Shown one piece after another: positions 9,653 to 19,954 of a stretch of DNA of 64,000 nucleotides. Source of the stretch: Caldisericia bacterium (GTDB lineage Bacteria; Caldisericota; Caldisericia; JAAYUI01). Below the pieces are notes generated by a model. That model made no database searches and was not told the DNA's origin. It was given only the letters and a program-made list of their open reading frames with translations. How positions within the stretch are numbered: position 1 is the stretch's first letter; each line of letters begins with the position of its first letter. The stretch lies in the NCBI GenBank assembly GCA_963674785.1, contig OY771555.1:992001-1056000 (forward strand), given 5' to 3'. The position numbers were made by a program, and so were the translations under genes.

Positions 9653-10599
9653 TGATCTACTTAGACTTTGAGAAACCAATCGTTGAGCTTGAAGCAAAGC
9701 TAGAGGATTTTAGAAAACAAGCCATAAGCCGTTCAATGGACTTAAGCAGTTCCATAGCGACAGTTAGGGAAGAGATCGAATCAAAGCTTAAGGATATTTA
9801 CAGTAAACTTACCCCATATCAGATAGTTCAGGTCGCAAGACATGTTTCCAGACCAAAGCTCATTGACCATGTCAGATTCCTTACCCCGGATTACATTACT
9901 ATTCATGGTGATAGAAGATTTGGTGATGATAAAGCAATGTGGACATCAGTTGGTTCACTTGATGGTCAAACAGTATTTATTATTGGTCAGAGCCGTGGCA
10001 GAAATGCCAAGGAAAACCTCGAAAATAATTTCGGTATGGCATCCCCTGAAGGTTACAGGAAAGCTATGCGTGTGATGGAGCTTGCAGATAAATATAATGC
10101 TCCAATCATAACTATGCTTGATACTCCAGGCGCCTATCCTGGAATTGGTGCCGAGGAACGTGGACAAGCCGAGGCAATTGCAGTAAATATTCGAGATATG
10201 TTCGGTATCAATGTCCCAATAGTAACTGTTGTAATTGGTGAAGGTGGCTCTGGTGGAGCACTCGGAATTGGTGTTGGAGACAAGGTTCTCATGATGCAGA
10301 ATTCCATGTATTCTGTCATTTCACCAGAAGGTTGTGCATCAATTCTCTTCAGAGATGGAATGAGATTTAGAGAAACATCTGAAATGTTGAAGCTTACTGC
10401 AAAAGACCTCATTGGTCTTGGTCTCATTGATGAGATTATTGAAGAGCCAATAGGTGGTGCTCATAGGTCACCTGTTGCCGCGATGCAGTTTGTGAAAAAT
10501 GCAATAACAAAAAGCTTTAAAGAGCTTTCAGAGATTTCTGAACCGATTGCGGAATATAGATATAATAAGTACAAAAACCTTCCACCAAAACTAGATTAG
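9652..10599 (+). CDS. accA: acetyl-CoA carboxylase carboxyltransferase alpha subunit
   Basis: YLDFEKPI, GAEERGQ, GEGGSGGALG, SVISPEGCASIL. Confidence 0.96.
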   Translation: MIYLDFEKPIVELEAKLEDFRKQAISRSMDLSSSIATVREEIESKLKDIYSKLTPYQIVQVARHVSRPKLIDHVRFLTPDYITIHGDRRFGDDKAMWTSVGSLDGQTVFIIGQSRGRNAKENLENNFGMASPEGYRKAMRVMELADKYNAPIITMLDTPGAYPGIGAEERGQAEAIAVNIRDMFGINVPIVTVVIGEGGSGGALGIGVGDKVLMMQNSMYSVISPEGCASILFRDGMRFRETSEMLKLTAKDLIGLGLIDEIIEEPIGGAHRSPVAAMQFVKNAITKSFKELSEISEPIAEYRYNKYKNLPPKLD

Positions 10600-10620
10600 T
10601 ATTTTGTTGATTCAGACTTC

Positions 10621-10654
10621 AACCGGCAAACCTTTTGGTTTGCCGGTTTTTTTA
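10621..10654 (+). terminator. rho-independent terminator
   Basis: AACCGGCAAACC-TTTT-GGTTTGCCGGTT followed by T tract. Confidence 0.9.
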
Positions 10655-11169
10655 TTATCTTTTATTAGGGTAATATTTGTGTATAGATTAGATATTACGG
10701 TGTATTATTTTAGAATGAACGATAATGAATTAAACTCTTTATCCATCAAATTATAATATTTTATTACTAAACATCCTATTAATGACTGTTTGTAGTATTA
10801 CTGTAAGAAATACACTATAAATGGGCTTTTATTTGCAATCAAATAAATGACAGTTATAAACTCAATCCTAATCAAAACAAATGTATAGTATTATTAGGAG
10901 TATTATTATCACAATTAGTAAGATATACTTCAGTAAACATTTTAATTATATATAAAGTATAGAATCTATACAGTGTGAAATGTGGACACGCTATGTGTGT
11001 TCGCCTATGTATGCCCTTATAATTCTGAATATTTTTGTGTCAAGATTTAAGAGATTCCCTTTAGATGGGAACTAGTTTCACAACAAAGAAATATTGATTA
11101 ACACGATATTTCTTGCAAAATGTGAATTTTAGACATGAGCTGATTCTACACAAATTTTTGGAAAAGGGC

Positions 11170-11198
11170 TTGACAATTATGTTAATGCTTGTTAGAAT
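11170..11198 (+). promoter_or_regulatory. sigma70 promoter of the NtrC-family gene
   Basis: TTGACA (11170-11175), 17 nt, TAGAAT (11193-11198) with TG extended -10. Confidence 0.75.
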
Positions 11199-11241
11199 TC
11201 GGTCGATATGGACTATAAAAAACCTAACCTGGTAGGGGTGC

Positions 11242-12645
11242 ATGGTAGCAAAGAAGCGAACAGTACTTATAGCAGATGACGAAGAGGGAATAAGAGACCT
11301 TCTCGGCGAGATCTGTGAGGATGAAGGCTGGCGCGTTATTCTTGCCTCCGATGGTAAGGAAGCGTTGGCAACGGCCAAAAAGGAACATCCCGATGCCGTT
11401 GTAATGGATGTCAGGATGCCTGAAATGGACGGCATTACAACATTTGCGAAAATGAAGGCAGCGGGGATAGATGTTCCTGTTATCTTAATGACAGCATATG
11501 GCTCGTCCGATGTTGCAATTGAGGCAATGAAGCAGGGTGCATACGACTATATCACCAAGCCTTTTGATATAGAGGAGATGAGGCTCCAGATCAGAAAAGC
11601 CCTCAAGCTTCGAGAGCTTACAACAGAAGTCTTTACTCTTAAAACAGGACTTACCGCAAGCTACAGACTTGAAGAGCTAATTGGAAGTTCATCTGCGATG
11701 CAGCAGGTATACAAATCAATAGGAAGGATCGCTGCATCTGATGCAACAGTTCTGATTCGAGGTGAATCGGGAACTGGTAAAGAAGTTGTTGCAAGAGCGA
11801 TCTTTATGAATTCCGATAGACGTGATAAGCCGTTTGTTGCTATCAACTGTGCCGCAATCCCAGAGGGTCTTCTTGAATCAGAGCTTTTTGGTCATGAAAA
11901 GGGAGCATTCACAGATGCTGTTTCTCAACACAAAGGAAAGTTTGAGCAAGCCGCTGATGGCACAATTTTCCTTGATGAAATTGGAGATATGGCTCTTTCT
12001 CTTCAATCAAAGGTGTTAAGGGTGCTGCAGGATAAATCCTTTGAGCGCGTTGGTGGCAAACAGATGTTAACATCTGAGGCAAGGGTGCTTGCTGCAACCA
12101 ACCAAGACCTCGAGATGCTTGTCAAAAATAAACAATTCAGGGAAGACCTTTATTATAGATTAAACGTAATGACTATTACTCTTCCACCGCTTCGTGAGCG
12201 TAAGGATGACCTTGAGGATTTGATTGACCATTTCGTCAAAAAATATTGTAAAAAATACGATAAGGTTATTGCGGGTATTTCACCACAGGCGATTAAAATG
12301 CTCAAGAGTTACGACTGGCCAGGAAATGTCAGGGAACTTGAAAACGCTGTTGCAAGGGCTGTTATTATTGCAAACTCTCCGCTTATACTTCCCGAATATT
12401 TACCTCATACAATCGTTAGCTATAAAGCAAGAGACCCGATGTTTGAAAGAAAAGGGGAACTCCCAAAGCTTCATGATGCAGTTGGAGAACTTGAGGCGGG
12501 ACTCATAAGAAGAGCTTTAAAAGAGACAAAAGGAAATAGAACAAAGGCCGCGCAAATGCTTGGTATTCCAAGGCGTTCTTTGTATACGAAGATACAAGAA
12601 TATAGCATTGATTTGAAGGAGCTTGAACCAGGACATGAGATTTAA
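11242..12645 (+). CDS. sigma54-dependent response regulator (NtrC/AtoC family; REC-AAA+-Fis HTH)
   Basis: DVRMPEMDG receiver; GESGTGKE; GAFTDA; FREDLYYRLNV; WPGNVREL; GNRTKAAQMLGI. Confidence 0.95.
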   Translation: MVAKKRTVLIADDEEGIRDLLGEICEDEGWRVILASDGKEALATAKKEHPDAVVMDVRMPEMDGITTFAKMKAAGIDVPVILMTAYGSSDVAIEAMKQGAYDYITKPFDIEEMRLQIRKALKLRELTTEVFTLKTGLTASYRLEELIGSSSAMQQVYKSIGRIAASDATVLIRGESGTGKEVVARAIFMNSDRRDKPFVAINCAAIPEGLLESELFGHEKGAFTDAVSQHKGKFEQAADGTIFLDEIGDMALSLQSKVLRVLQDKSFERVGGKQMLTSEARVLAATNQDLEMLVKNKQFREDLYYRLNVMTITLPPLRERKDDLEDLIDHFVKKYCKKYDKVIAGISPQAIKMLKSYDWPGNVRELENAVARAVIIANSPLILPEYLPHTIVSYKARDPMFERKGELPKLHDAVGELEAGLIRRALKETKGNRTKAAQMLGIPRRSLYTKIQEYSIDLKELEPGHEI

Positions 12646-12682
12646 TGTAGTTTCAAGCGATAATAAAGAGCAATTAAGATTT

Positions 12683-12699
12683 GCGACACGGGGTGTCGC
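12683..12699 (+). promoter_or_regulatory. GC-rich hairpin upstream of the giant surface protein RBS
   Basis: GCGACAC-GGG-GTGTCGC, no T tract. Confidence 0.5.
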
Positions 12700-12721
12700 T
12701 ATTATGAAAGGAGCAAGTAAC

Positions 12722-15700
12722 ATGAAACGCTTACTTGTAATCGTTCTTGTTTTTTGTTTGATAGTGCCAATGGTTATGGTGCAGAATACAAATGCTGATG
12801 TAAAGAGCATTAAAGTTATTCCATACCCAAAAAAAGCAGGTAAAATGGCCTCCTATCATATCTCGTTTAATGTCAACAGAGAGCTTGAGGCTAACAAAGA
12901 CAGTATAACGGTAACTCTTCCACAGGAAACATTGGTTCCAGAATTTGTTTCCTCATCGGTTATCTCTGTTAATCCTCAAAAACTCATTGGTGCTGACTAC
13001 AAACTCACCTATGAAACAGGAGATATTGACTTTACCGATCCACTTCGCGAAGGAGATATGATTCGTGCATCATACACATACGAGGCAAGTCCAGACTATA
13101 CGATGATGCCAATTCAGTCAAATGTTAAGTTTTTTGATAGAACATTTGATTACCTCAGGCTAAGCACTGACCCAAGCGACCCCAGAAGCAATAATGGACA
13201 GTTTGATCCAGGTGAATGGGTGTATGAAGACAGAGACAGTGATGGTCGTATCTCACCAGGTGATAGAAGATTGATGGTCATCCACGGTGTTTTGGGTGGA
13301 GACTCAACTGTTGATCCTTTCACTCTTGGAAGTGATGCAAAACAGAATTCAATCGTTGCACCAGGTGACCTCGACTGCAACAATTGTACAGGTGGCGGTG
13401 TTGGTGTTCCGACTCCTTTGAATCCACTTGTGCCTCTTTCACTCGTAAGACTCGTCATGCTCGATGTTAATCATGATGGAATCTACAATGAAGGTGACTA
13501 TCTTCTTGATGACAGAGACATGTCAGATACTGTCACTCAGAACGACCTCATGATTACAGGTATCGTACATTATCCACCAAACTCAATTGTTTCATTCAAT
13601 GATCCAGACTATAGAGACAGAATGGAGAATCTTGAGGGTGGTATGGTGACTGTACCTCCACTTCAGATTTATTCATTTGACCAGACAACAAATACTACAC
13701 CAGCTTATGTGTGGAGACATGCAGATGACGGTCCAACCATTGGAAAATATGATCCAGGCGAGGCAATCTATCGTGACGGTTATGATGCTACACTCCCATT
13801 CCCACCAGGACCAGATCCAACAGGTGGTCCATCAACATATAGTGTTGATGCTGGTGATACTCGTGCAACATCAATCACAGTGATTCAAAGTGGAATCACT
13901 TTCTTCTATCCCGCAGGTTCTGTTGTTGATCAGACTGATAAAGATGTTGGCACAAGGCTTATCAGTTTCCAGACAGCAACTGGTGAAGAAGAGGGATTCC
14001 TTGATGTAAACCAGAGCCAGGGAGTTGGATACTTTGACCCAGGCGAACCAATCTACAGAAATAACAATGGTAGAGCTGGATTCCTGTACGATGTTGCAAC
14101 CGGTGGTGTACAGATAAATGCTATGCCACAGCCAGGCGATGTCAGACTTTCTGCATATGCAATCTCTGCTTATGCTCAGGGTTCTGTTGTGCAAACCACA
14201 CATGCTGACAATGGCAATCAGCTTGTTGACTTCAATAAAGCTCCAACACAGACACCAGAGCTTATGGTTGTCGATATTGAAGGACAAACAGATTTCTTCC
14301 CGGTTCCTCAGAGATTCCCAATGGAAATGACAAGCAATACCCTTTTCGCTGGATATGCAGGTGGACAGTTTACACCAGCATACGACGGCTCCTCAAATGC
14401 AACATCTCCAAACCCAACCCAGATCACGAATAAGTATTACTATAACAGATCAAGAGGCTCTTCAACCTCGGATGATAATTATGTTTTTGGTTCATGGCTC
14501 TATAGAGACAATGACCAGTCGGGTTCAGTTACAGTAAATGACACAAGACTCACCGAGGTAAATATTGCAGTTGGTCAGCAGCATGTCATTTACTCAGCAG
14601 GATCAACTGTAAAAGATGGTGAGCTCGATGTAAGATCGATTAGCACTCCTCAGGGACCACTTATGCTTGCAGAACCTGCCCTTTGTAATACTGGAACAGG
14701 TATTGATGGTATGGCAGTTGACGCTTCAAATAACCCTGCACCAGTTTTTGCAGAACAATATTTTGAAATCAAACACACTGAAAATATTGCAGTAAACAAT
14801 AAATTTGATCCAGGCGAATTCCTCTATCTTGATTTGACTCCAGCAAGTGGTGGTGTGATTGGCGATGGTGTTGTCGATGGTTCAATAAATGGTCCTGGAG
14901 CATCTGGTCCAGTTCTAGATCAGTCAGACTGTAGACTTGTACCTGTTGGTGTTACTTCATTTGGTAACAAACCAATCAGCACAAACTTCCCACTTATCGG
15001 TTCAACTCTTACAAAAGGTTGGGCAAGGATTGAAAATAAGGTTATCGTTCCATACGCAACAGCAGGAACAACTACCGCAAAACTTGATAAAACGGATGTA
15101 AAAATCCTCCCAACACTTGAGCCTCCAATGCCACCATCATATTTGAGTGCAAGTACCCTTACAATCCCAGGTGGAAATACTCCACTTTCAGGTTCAGGTG
15201 AATGGTGGATAAAAGTTACAGCAATCAATGAATATGGCGAAGGTGAGTTCTCAGAATCAATCAAGATCAACTTTGTATCTGGACAAGCTCAAAATGCTGT
15301 GAAGATTGACTGGACTCCAGTCCCATATGCAAAATCATACAAAATCTACAAATCCAGAAATGAAACATACTTCCCACATTCAGCACTTCTTGCTGAGGTG
15401 AAAGCTCCGATAACAGAGTACATTGATAGAGGAACAACAATTACCGAGGGAACACTTCCATACCCATACAAAGCGTCATTTGTGACACTATGGAGATCAA
15501 GAAGTGGTGTTGAAAGTGAACTTGTTGAATTCAAGTGTGCTGATTATGAAATCAATCTTGATACTGGTATGATCTCATTTAGAAGAGATCTTAAACCATA
15601 TGAGATCGTGCTTGCCAACTACAAATATGCTGAAGACAAGTCTCAGACAAGTGTAAGTGGTGATCCATGTGATACTGTTGGACATCAGGATGAAAATGTT

Positions 15701-18511
15701 TATATCGATGTTCAGCATGGAACAGGAAAACTCCTCCATGCACCAGCAGTTGACCCAACAATCGATCCACTTCATTATTGCTTCAGATTATGGAGAGCAC
15801 CAACCATTGATCCAAATAACCCATATCTCCTAAGACCAGGCGTCGATTACACAATTGATTATGAAACTGGTGAAATTAAATTCTCCTCACACGTTATTAC
15901 TGAGGGTGATATAATCACTGTTGATTATGATTCTTACGAAGAGGTCATGGGTGAATCACTTGTTGAAGCTGTTTCAACAGGTGTCAACACTGCAAGATGT
16001 CAGGCTCCAGTTCTTCCAGAAAGCTATACAATCAGTAAAGCTGTTGCCCTTACATCTTCACCACAGATCAAAATCACAAGTGGTGCAAATGGTCACCAGT
16101 TGATATTTACAACCCCAGTTGACATTTTTGTTGATCCAGATAACGACCAGTCAACACCAGATGTTGTAATGACTCTCAACAGGCCTGGAAGACAGTTTAA
16201 CACATATGACAAGGGTGCTGTCAGAAACCCACAGGTAGCAGGAAGCTATCAGCTCTGGGTTTCAACTTCACAGGAACAGACCCCAATCCTTTCTGAGCCA
16301 TACGAGATAACTGCAGATACCACAAGCGAGAACATGAAACTCAAGGTCATCTCACCACAGGTTCCAGAACAGGCAGATACTGACCCAGCATGTGATTGCA
16401 AAGAAGCAGCCGGAACATCAGGACAGGTCATGTCACTTGCAGTACAGTTGACCGATGGCTCAAATGGTATCCAGGGCGTTTACGTAAGATTTGCGATTGA
16501 AGATACCGTTAGCCCACCATCAACATTCAGCTCAGCAGACCTTGTCCAGACAAACGATCAGGGTCTTGCATCAGTTGTTCTTAATATGTCTGCAACACCA
16601 GGTGTCACCAGAGTGAAAGTTTACCTGCAGGATGACCCATCAATCTGTAGATGTGTTGAAATAAACACTGGTCCTCCAGTCGAAGTTTCTTCAATTGTTT
16701 TGACACCAGGACCAACACTTGCTCTTTCACCTGGAACAATGCAGCAGTTCACAGCAAAAGCCTTCAAGGCAAATGGTGCGCAGATAACGGGTGTAGAATT
16801 TACTTGGGCAGCCGATTGTGGAACCATCTCTCAGGCTGGTGTCTACACAGCACCACTTGATGCTGGTGGAACATGCCATGTTTATGCAAGAGCACATGGT
16901 GTCGAAGGACAGACAACAGTTTCGATTGTTTCAAGACCATCAAGAATCACTGTAACCCCACCATCAGCAATTGTTGCAACAGGTTCACAGAAACAGTTCA
17001 CAGCCCAGGCGTATGATGACATGGGTAACCCGATGAACATTCCAATAACCTGGACAATTGAACCAGCTGGACTTGGTTCTTTTGCATCAGATGGAACATT
17101 CACAGCAGGAAATATCTCAGGAACTGGAACAGTCAAGGCATGTTCAGCAGGTGTTTGTGGAACAGCAACTGTAACCGTACAGTCAACCGGAAATATCAGC
17201 TCTCTTGTTGTTAGCCCAGATAAGGCAACGATGAAGATAGGTCAGACTCAGCAGTTTACAGCAAAAGTTCTTGATACTAACGGATTTGAAATAACCGGTG
17301 CAAATGTCACATGGACAGTTAACCCATCAACCATGGGAACAATCAGTTCAAATGGACTCTTCATCGCTTCAAGCCCAGGTACTGCAATCATTATCGCACA
17401 GTCTGGTGCTGTTACTGGAATGGCGATTGTAAATGTTGTTGAGATTGCAAGGATTGAGCTCAACCCAACCGGAACTGTCACTGTGCCAACAGGAAAAACA
17501 CAGACCTTCACAGCGGTTGCCTACAATACCGCTGGTGCTGCAATTCCTGGAATGGATTTCACATGGACATTGAGTCCAACAAGTGTCGGAGTACTATCGC
17601 CTTCTGGTTCAACCGCAATCTTCACAGCAACTGGAATGACTGGTCAATCGGGTGTTGTGATGGTACAGGCCGCGGGACTTTCTGCAACGACACAGGTTGT
17701 TATTGGTGCTCTGGACACAACAAAACCAACTGTAACCGCATCAGCTGATTCTGGAATCAAAAATGGTGAGACAACTCTCGCAGGAACTGGTCAGATCAAG
17801 GTAGCAGTCTCTGATCCTGAAGGAATCGCCTCTGTTACAGTTAATGGTATACCAGCAACTCCAGATGGAACAGGCAATTGGGTTGCAACAGTTAATGTAA
17901 ACAACGGTCAGAACCAGTTTGTTGTTAAGGCAATTGACAACAATGGCAATGAAACCACTGAAACAATCACAGCTTATGGTTCTAGTATGAAGGAGATGAT
18001 ATTAAATATTGATACAACTCAACCGTATGGAACATTGATTTTAAACGGTGTGCCAACAACTGTTGGTCTTACCTCTGTTCCAGAAATTGGATACGGAACA
18101 GGAAGCACATTTGTTGGACTTCGAGACCTTGGAGAACAGCTTTTCGGGGGTACAGTGGATTATGAGGCTGCAACTAAGAAGATTACAATTACGATTCCAA
18201 GATCAAATGGTGACAAAGATATTCTGGTTACCGTAGTCGGTCAAAAGGACTTCAGAATAACAACCTATAAGGCAAACGGAACCCAGGAAGTCAAAGATTA
18301 TACTCTCACATATGCTCCGTATATTGGCTCATCAGCGACACAATCAAAATCGTACAATTATGATAGAACACTTGTCCCAATGAGAGAGCTTGTACAGGCT
18401 GTTGTAAATAGTCAAACATCCGGAACAAACCTTCCAGTTCCTGGCGCGACTGAGAATTCCGTTGATTTCAATTCAACAACCAGAGACGCAACTTTCCGCT
18501 TCCTCCCATAA
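12722..18511 (+). CDS. giant (~1930 aa) secreted surface protein: acidic Ca-binding-like repeats, Ig-like (Big_2) repeats, C-terminal stalk-like domain
   Basis: AAAGGAG RBS; signal peptide MKRLLVIVLVF; FDPGExxYxD repeats; four QQFTA-type Ig repeats; TFVGLRDLGE and RTLVPMRELV. Confidence 0.85.
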   Translation: MKRLLVIVLVFCLIVPMVMVQNTNADVKSIKVIPYPKKAGKMASYHISFNVNRELEANKDSITVTLPQETLVPEFVSSSVISVNPQKLIGADYKLTYETGDIDFTDPLREGDMIRASYTYEASPDYTMMPIQSNVKFFDRTFDYLRLSTDPSDPRSNNGQFDPGEWVYEDRDSDGRISPGDRRLMVIHGVLGGDSTVDPFTLGSDAKQNSIVAPGDLDCNNCTGGGVGVPTPLNPLVPLSLVRLVMLDVNHDGIYNEGDYLLDDRDMSDTVTQNDLMITGIVHYPPNSIVSFNDPDYRDRMENLEGGMVTVPPLQIYSFDQTTNTTPAYVWRHADDGPTIGKYDPGEAIYRDGYDATLPFPPGPDPTGGPSTYSVDAGDTRATSITVIQSGITFFYPAGSVVDQTDKDVGTRLISFQTATGEEEGFLDVNQSQGVGYFDPGEPIYRNNNGRAGFLYDVATGGVQINAMPQPGDVRLSAYAISAYAQGSVVQTTHADNGNQLVDFNKAPTQTPELMVVDIEGQTDFFPVPQRFPMEMTSNTLFAGYAGGQFTPAYDGSSNATSPNPTQITNKYYYNRSRGSSTSDDNYVFGSWLYRDNDQSGSVTVNDTRLTEVNIAVGQQHVIYSAGSTVKDGELDVRSISTPQGPLMLAEPALCNTGTGIDGMAVDASNNPAPVFAEQYFEIKHTENIAVNNKFDPGEFLYLDLTPASGGVIGDGVVDGSINGPGASGPVLDQSDCRLVPVGVTSFGNKPISTNFPLIGSTLTKGWARIENKVIVPYATAGTTTAKLDKTDVKILPTLEPPMPPSYLSASTLTIPGGNTPLSGSGEWWIKVTAINEYGEGEFSESIKINFVSGQAQNAVKIDWTPVPYAKSYKIYKSRNETYFPHSALLAEVKAPITEYIDRGTTITEGTLPYPYKASFVTLWRSRSGVESELVEFKCADYEINLDTGMISFRRDLKPYEIVLANYKYAEDKSQTSVSGDPCDTVGHQDENVYIDVQHGTGKLLHAPAVDPTIDPLHYCFRLWRAPTIDPNNPYLLRPGVDYTIDYETGEIKFSSHVITEGDIITVDYDSYEEVMGESLVEAVSTGVNTARCQAPVLPESYTISKAVALTSSPQIKITSGANGHQLIFTTPVDIFVDPDNDQSTPDVVMTLNRPGRQFNTYDKGAVRNPQVAGSYQLWVSTSQEQTPILSEPYEITADTTSENMKLKVISPQVPEQADTDPACDCKEAAGTSGQVMSLAVQLTDGSNGIQGVYVRFAIEDTVSPPSTFSSADLVQTNDQGLASVVLNMSATPGVTRVKVYLQDDPSICRCVEINTGPPVEVSSIVLTPGPTLALSPGTMQQFTAKAFKANGAQITGVEFTWAADCGTISQAGVYTAPLDAGGTCHVYARAHGVEGQTTVSIVSRPSRITVTPPSAIVATGSQKQFTAQAYDDMGNPMNIPITWTIEPAGLGSFASDGTFTAGNISGTGTVKACSAGVCGTATVTVQSTGNISSLVVSPDKATMKIGQTQQFTAKVLDTNGFEITGANVTWTVNPSTMGTISSNGLFIASSPGTAIIIAQSGAVTGMAIVNVVEIARIELNPTGTVTVPTGKTQTFTAVAYNTAGAAIPGMDFTWTLSPTSVGVLSPSGSTAIFTATGMTGQSGVVMVQAAGLSATTQVVIGALDTTKPTVTASADSGIKNGETTLAGTGQIKVAVSDPEGIASVTVNGIPATPDGTGNWVATVNVNNGQNQFVVKAIDNNGNETTETITAYGSSMKEMILNIDTTQPYGTLILNGVPTTVGLTSVPEIGYGTGSTFVGLRDLGEQLFGGTVDYEAATKKITITIPRSNGDKDILVTVVGQKDFRITTYKANGTQEVKDYTLTYAPYIGSSATQSKSYNYDRTLVPMRELVQAVVNSQTSGTNLPVPGATENSVDFNSTTRDATFRFLP

Positions 18512-18546
18512 TTCACTATTTACGAAGCTTTCAGTTCTTTGAATAT

Positions 18547-18574
18547 AAACCCCCGGCATTATTGCCGGGGGTTT
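18547..18574. terminator. probable bidirectional terminator
   Basis: AAACCCCCGGCA...TGCCGGGGGTTT between convergent genes. Confidence 0.85.
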
Positions 18575-18685
18575 AATAATTTCTGGGGTTTTATGTGTGA
18601 CCAAGGAAATAGCGGTAATAGGGTCTCGATACACACTCAAGTGCTTGTTAAAAATTGAGTTCTTTTAAGTAAAGAAGAAAACTAA

Positions 18686-19954
18686 CTAAAAAACTGGTTC
18701 TTGATTTGAAAGCTTTGCAATCTGGGTGATTACATCCTTCAAGATTTTTTCATAAAACTCTGAATCAGGTTTTGTTTCTTCCCTGTTCCAGATGATTGGT
18801 TCACCAACGTTGACTGTGACTTTTGATTTTCTTGGTAGTTTTGCGCCAACTGGAAGCACGTCGTGACCACCTATTATCCCTGCAGGGATGAGTGCAGCCC
18901 CAGTTTTGTGAGCAAATTGGATGGCACCAGTATGATATTTACCGGTAAGTTTGGAAGTCTTTGATCTTGTGCCTTCTGGGAAGATTGTCAGAAGCATGTT
19001 TTGTTTTAAGGCTGAATAGACAGCTCTGACCATCTCTTTCCCAACTCCGCCACGTTTGACAGGGATTGCACCATAACCCTTCACACATGACCTTATAACG
19101 GGGATTTTGAAAAGCTCTTCTTTTGCAATATAACTGCCCATTCGAGGCAAAGCCAAACCGACAAAGAAAACATCAAGTAATGACGTGTGGTTTGCAACAA
19201 CAATTGCAGGACCAGTTGCCGGGATATTCCCTTTACCAAATATTTCAATTTTGAAAAGCCATTTGGCAAGGTTTCTTGCGACAAAGTGTGAGAATCTCCA
19301 CCATTTTGAGATGTGTACAGTTCTTAGATATTCTACTGCAAGCTCCAATATTTGATTCTTGACCTGACCAATTGAGAGGTTAGTTGAGTCTATAACCACC
19401 GCATCATCTGATGGTTTAAGAGGTGCAATCTCTCTTTTGCTGTCGCGTTCATCTCGTTTGATGAGTGCTGCAAGAATTTCTTCCTCTGAAAGTCTTCCCT
19501 TTTCGTCAATAAATCTTCTGTGAGCACGTACTTTCGGGTCGGCAGTAAGGAATATTTTCACGTGTGAATTTGGTAATACTACTGTTCCAATATCGCGACC
19601 GGCAACCACAATTGAATCATTTATCGCAAGCTCTTTTATCGTTTTGTTGACCCACTCTCTTAATATGGGTTGTTTTGATAATACTGAGGCTCTCTCGCCA
19701 CATTCGGTTTTATTGAGTTTTTTTGTGACATCGATTCCATCGAGAAAGAACTTTTCCCCTCGAAGCTCAAAGTTTATTTTGGACAGAAGCTTTCCCAGAT
19801 TCAGGTCTTTTCCGAGTGAGTGATATGCAACCACTCTATAAAGTCTTCCCGAGTCAAGAAACTTTACCTTGAGTTTCCTTGCAATCATCCTTCCTATGGT
19901 TGTTTTACCAGAGGCAACAGGTCCATCGATTGCAATTATGATGTGTCTTATCAT
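18686..19954 (-). CDS. cmk: cytidylate kinase fused to 1-acyl-glycerol-3-phosphate acyltransferase (Cmk-PlsC)
   Basis: IAIDGPVASGKTT, GRDIGTVVLP, RDERDSKR; then NHTSLLD and IFPEGTRS. Confidence 0.9.
   Translation of the reverse strand: MIRHIIIAIDGPVASGKTTIGRMIARKLKVKFLDSGRLYRVVAYHSLGKDLNLGKLLSKINFELRGEKFFLDGIDVTKKLNKTECGERASVLSKQPILREWVNKTIKELAINDSIVVAGRDIGTVVLPNSHVKIFLTADPKVRAHRRFIDEKGRLSEEEILAALIKRDERDSKREIAPLKPSDDAVVIDSTNLSIGQVKNQILELAVEYLRTVHISKWWRFSHFVARNLAKWLFKIEIFGKGNIPATGPAIVVANHTSLLDVFFVGLALPRMGSYIAKEELFKIPVIRSCVKGYGAIPVKRGGVGKEMVRAVYSALKQNMLLTIFPEGTRSKTSKLTGKYHTGAIQFAHKTGAALIPAGIIGGHDVLPVGAKLPRKSKVTVNVGEPIIWNREETKPDSEFYEKILKDVITQIAKLSNQEPVF

Noticed and set aside
10867-10940. Hydrophobic minus-strand reading LLKYILLIVIIILLIILYICFD as a type I toxin
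   Set aside because: No good start codon or RBS; such frames arise easily in AT-rich DNA
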